A DNA stretch of 60,617 nucleotides, filler included. It is 5 parts of 5 records of this genome, joined end to end, with 100 filler letters (N's around TTAATTAATTAA, not from the genome) between each part and the next. Parts side by side here need not be neighbours in the genome. Positions count along the whole stretch, not along the records: positions 51,580 to 60,617 come from DRR723986_7692; 4 more parts are not named here. One strand, 5' to 3'. The position numbers and the translations under genes are program-made. How positions within the stretch are numbered: the stretch's first letter is position 1; each line of letters starts with the position of its first letter. Positions 58,049-60,617 of the stretch are shown one piece after another. The notes under the pieces were generated by a model. That model searched no databases and was not told where the DNA came from. It saw only the letters and a list, made by a program, of their open reading frames with translations.

Positions 58049-60337
58049 ATGCTGGTGAATCTTATGCAGCTTCGGATTGCACATATTCCACTCATTGGCC
58101 TGACGGCCTGCCTGGCGCTAATGCTATCGCCCGCTACTGCGCAGTCGCAGTACAAAATTGAAAGCAGCCATGTTGGTCCGGGCGGCTCGTACGAAGCCGG
58201 TTGTGAGACACTCCTGCGCGGCAGCGCCGGCCAATCGCTCTCCGGTCAGAGCTCTTCAGCCACATTTACGGTTGAGAGCGGTTTCTGGCCGCCAATCAGT
58301 GGACTGGACATAGAACTGTCTAATGACATTCAGACGGCTCAGGACTACGAGTCGATCACCGCGGGAAATACCGTCGTGGTCAGTCCCCTGGCCAACGATT
58401 TGCCGGCGAGCGGTTTAACACTTCAGTATGTGGCCGATCCGATTAACGGCAGTGTGCTCTATACACCCGGGCAAACGACGTTTAGTTATACGCCCGACAA
58501 TGGTTATGCCGGTCTTGAAGCTTTCAGCTACGTTGCCGGCTCGACGACTGGGTGTACATCAACTGGCACCGTTGTGATTTCGGTCGAAGCAGCTTCCACT
58601 GGCGACATTTCAGTTAACTACTTTAACGAACAGCGCAATCGCCGCAATGGCGTTGCCGGTCTTAAACGTGTTAACTGCCTGGCTATTAGCCCCGACGGTC
58701 AAAATATTTATGCCTTGGGGCGTAACGATCATTCAATCGTTAGCTTTGCTCGCAATGAAGTCACGGGAGACCTGAACTTCATCGAACAATTGCGTAATCG
58801 CCGCGGCGGTATCTCCAGAATGCGTTATCCGTCCGACGTTGTTGTGAGTCCAGACGGAAACAATGTCTACTCTGCCGGCGAGTATGGCAATGCAATTCAA
58901 ATGTTTAGCCGTAACCAATTGAGCGGTAAGTTAACCATCGAAGAGGAGCTTCGTCAGGGCCAGGCCTCAGGAACCGGAACGGTTCGCGGCCTTAAACGCG
59001 TAGTTGCTCTTGCAATCAGTCCTGACGGTCGTAACATTTACGCTGCTGGTAAAAGCGAAAATGCGCTCTCGGTTTTTCAGCGCCAATCCAGCAACGGTAC
59101 AATCAGTTTCGTTGAATACTTTAAAGATGGACAGGGCGGCGTTGACGGCCTGCGCTGTGCATTTGACGTCAAAGTCAGTCCCGACGGAAAACACGTCTAT
59201 GCCTGCGGCTTAAAAGACAATGCGGTTGCAGTATTTGCGCGCGATCCATTTGATGGCCGCTTAACATTTGTTGAGCGTCTAAAGAATGGTTCCGGTAATG
59301 TGGTTAACATGAAGTCACCGGTTGCGCTTAGCATCTCGCCAAGCGGTCGTCACGTCTATGTAGCCAGTAACGGTAATGACGCCGTAGTGGCGTTCGCACG
59401 CGACGAAGATACTGGTGAGTTAACATTCCTGCGTTCCTATCGCAGTAATATTCTGGGCATGGACGCTCCATCGGGAATCGATATCAGCCCGCGCGGCACA
59501 GAAGTGCTGATTTCCGGTGGTGCCGATAATTCACTTGTTGTATTTACGCGTTCGCCACAAACGGGCACGCTTGAGTACAAGGAAACACGTTTTGACGGCA
59601 AGGAAGGTGTCGATGGATTGCGCGGTGCAAGATGTGTGTTGATTGAGCAATACAGTGAACACTTTTACTGCGCCGGTCAATTTGACAATGCAATTTCTCA
59701 GTTCCAGATCAACCAGGCTCCAGTCGCGGTGGATGACGATAATTCTTACATCGTTTTCGAAAGTGATGATCAAGATATCCTGGTACTCAACAATGACTCG
59801 GATCCGGATGGTGATCCTCTGACGGTCAGTGCTACAACAAATGGTTCACTTGGAACCGTCACAATCGTTGGTTCGGGAAGCCGTGTTAATTATGCTGCCG
59901 GGTCATCTATAGGGCACGACGCTTTTACGTACACTATCAGCGATGGTAAAGGTGGAACTTCGACTGCTACAGTTACCGTCAGAATCGTGGCCGATACCCG
60001 TTCGAAGCTAGGTGTTGCACAAGTAACGGATCCCGCAGCGTTTGGCGACTTTGCACGCATAAGCGCAACGCCCAATCCATTTATCGACGATGTTAATATT
60101 TCGCTCGAAATGGCACGTGATGCTGAGCTGACGCTACGTGTGCTGGATCTCTCCGGCCGCGAAATTGTGCAGTTGCATCAGGGCGCGCGTCGTTCCGGCA
60201 GCCACTCCTGGAGCTGGCATGGTCACTTGCCGAGCGGTGCCGAACTTGCCCAGGGGGTATATGTCCTTTCGGCGCGTCTGCGCTATGCGGACGGCACGGA
60301 AGATCAGCTGATGCTTAAACTTCTGAGCGGCAGATAA
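58049..60337 (+). CDS. Secreted lactonase-type beta-propeller protein with Ig-like repeats and T9SS/FlgD-type CTD
   Basis: Signal peptide, N-terminal SAGQ...SGFW domain, PLAND/VLNNDSDPDGD Ig-like domains, repeated SPDG.N.Y blades, PNPF...GVYV CTD. Confidence 0.8.
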   Translation: MLVNLMQLRIAHIPLIGLTACLALMLSPATAQSQYKIESSHVGPGGSYEAGCETLLRGSAGQSLSGQSSSATFTVESGFWPPISGLDIELSNDIQTAQDYESITAGNTVVVSPLANDLPASGLTLQYVADPINGSVLYTPGQTTFSYTPDNGYAGLEAFSYVAGSTTGCTSTGTVVISVEAASTGDISVNYFNEQRNRRNGVAGLKRVNCLAISPDGQNIYALGRNDHSIVSFARNEVTGDLNFIEQLRNRRGGISRMRYPSDVVVSPDGNNVYSAGEYGNAIQMFSRNQLSGKLTIEEELRQGQASGTGTVRGLKRVVALAISPDGRNIYAAGKSENALSVFQRQSSNGTISFVEYFKDGQGGVDGLRCAFDVKVSPDGKHVYACGLKDNAVAVFARDPFDGRLTFVERLKNGSGNVVNMKSPVALSISPSGRHVYVASNGNDAVVAFARDEDTGELTFLRSYRSNILGMDAPSGIDISPRGTEVLISGGADNSLVVFTRSPQTGTLEYKETRFDGKEGVDGLRGARCVLIEQYSEHFYCAGQFDNAISQFQINQAPVAVDDDNSYIVFESDDQDILVLNNDSDPDGDPLTVSATTNGSLGTVTIVGSGSRVNYAAGSSIGHDAFTYTISDGKGGTSTATVTVRIVADTRSKLGVAQVTDPAAFGDFARISATPNPFIDDVNISLEMARDAELTLRVLDLSGREIVQLHQGARRSGSHSWSWHGHLPSGAELAQGVYVLSARLRYADGTEDQLMLKLLSGR

Positions 60338-60377
60338 GGTATACTGATTACGCTAATCTGGAGTTCTCGATTATTAC

Positions 60378-60410
60378 AGGCCTGCGTCCAATGTGACGTG
60401 GGCCTTTTTT
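60378..60410 (+). terminator. Rho-independent terminator ending the fibre-GT2-propeller operon
   Basis: AGGCCTGCGTC ... GACGTGGGCCT stem followed by a T run. Confidence 0.8.
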
Positions 60411-60617
60411 ATGTCCGCTTGATTGCAGTGTTGTTCGGCGTGAGAATTTTGACCGTTCATATGGTTTTTGGGGTCGTTCAGCTGCGTTTTACTGGCCGTT
60501 TAGTTTTTGGCGCATTGTGAATTCGGTGCATGGTTGTAGACTTGTGGTTGACGGCCCGAGTATCGATCAAGGGTGCGTTAACGCAACTTATCCTGGAGTC
60601 TCATTTTTTTAACCTGT

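Overview
This window is five unrelated contigs joined by four artificial 100-bp N/TTAATTAATTAA linkers (contigs 1-11584, 11685-22711, 22812-45086, 45187-51479, 51580-60617), so adjacency across a linker means nothing. Contigs 1, 3, 4 and 5 look like one FCB-group bacterium. The basis is T9SS-type C-terminal domains on contigs 3 and 5, a PorQ/PorV-like gene on contig 3, and intergenic repeats shared by contigs 1, 3 and 4; a Ca. Kapabacteria/Ignavibacteria-like affiliation is inference. Contig 2 is GC-richer and Gammaproteobacteria-like (resembling Marinobacter), with cobalamin genes and a PmrAB-type double ArnT envelope-modification cluster, and is probably from another organism. The most notable items are: (1) a three-gene surface operon of a YadA-head-repeat fibre, a processive GT2 and a T9SS-sorted beta-propeller/Ig protein; (2) two tandem T9SS-sorted clan GH-A-like proteins that both appear to lack both catalytic glutamates; (3) motAB with no flagellar neighbours, followed by a REC/HD-GYP protein degenerate in both domains; (4) an ECF sigma factor with a probable envelope-spanning anti-sigma/beta-barrel and a lipoprotein; (5) at least three families of dispersed structured intergenic repeats, one always lying antisense downstream of genes. 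All calls come from motif recognition by eye; no searches were run.
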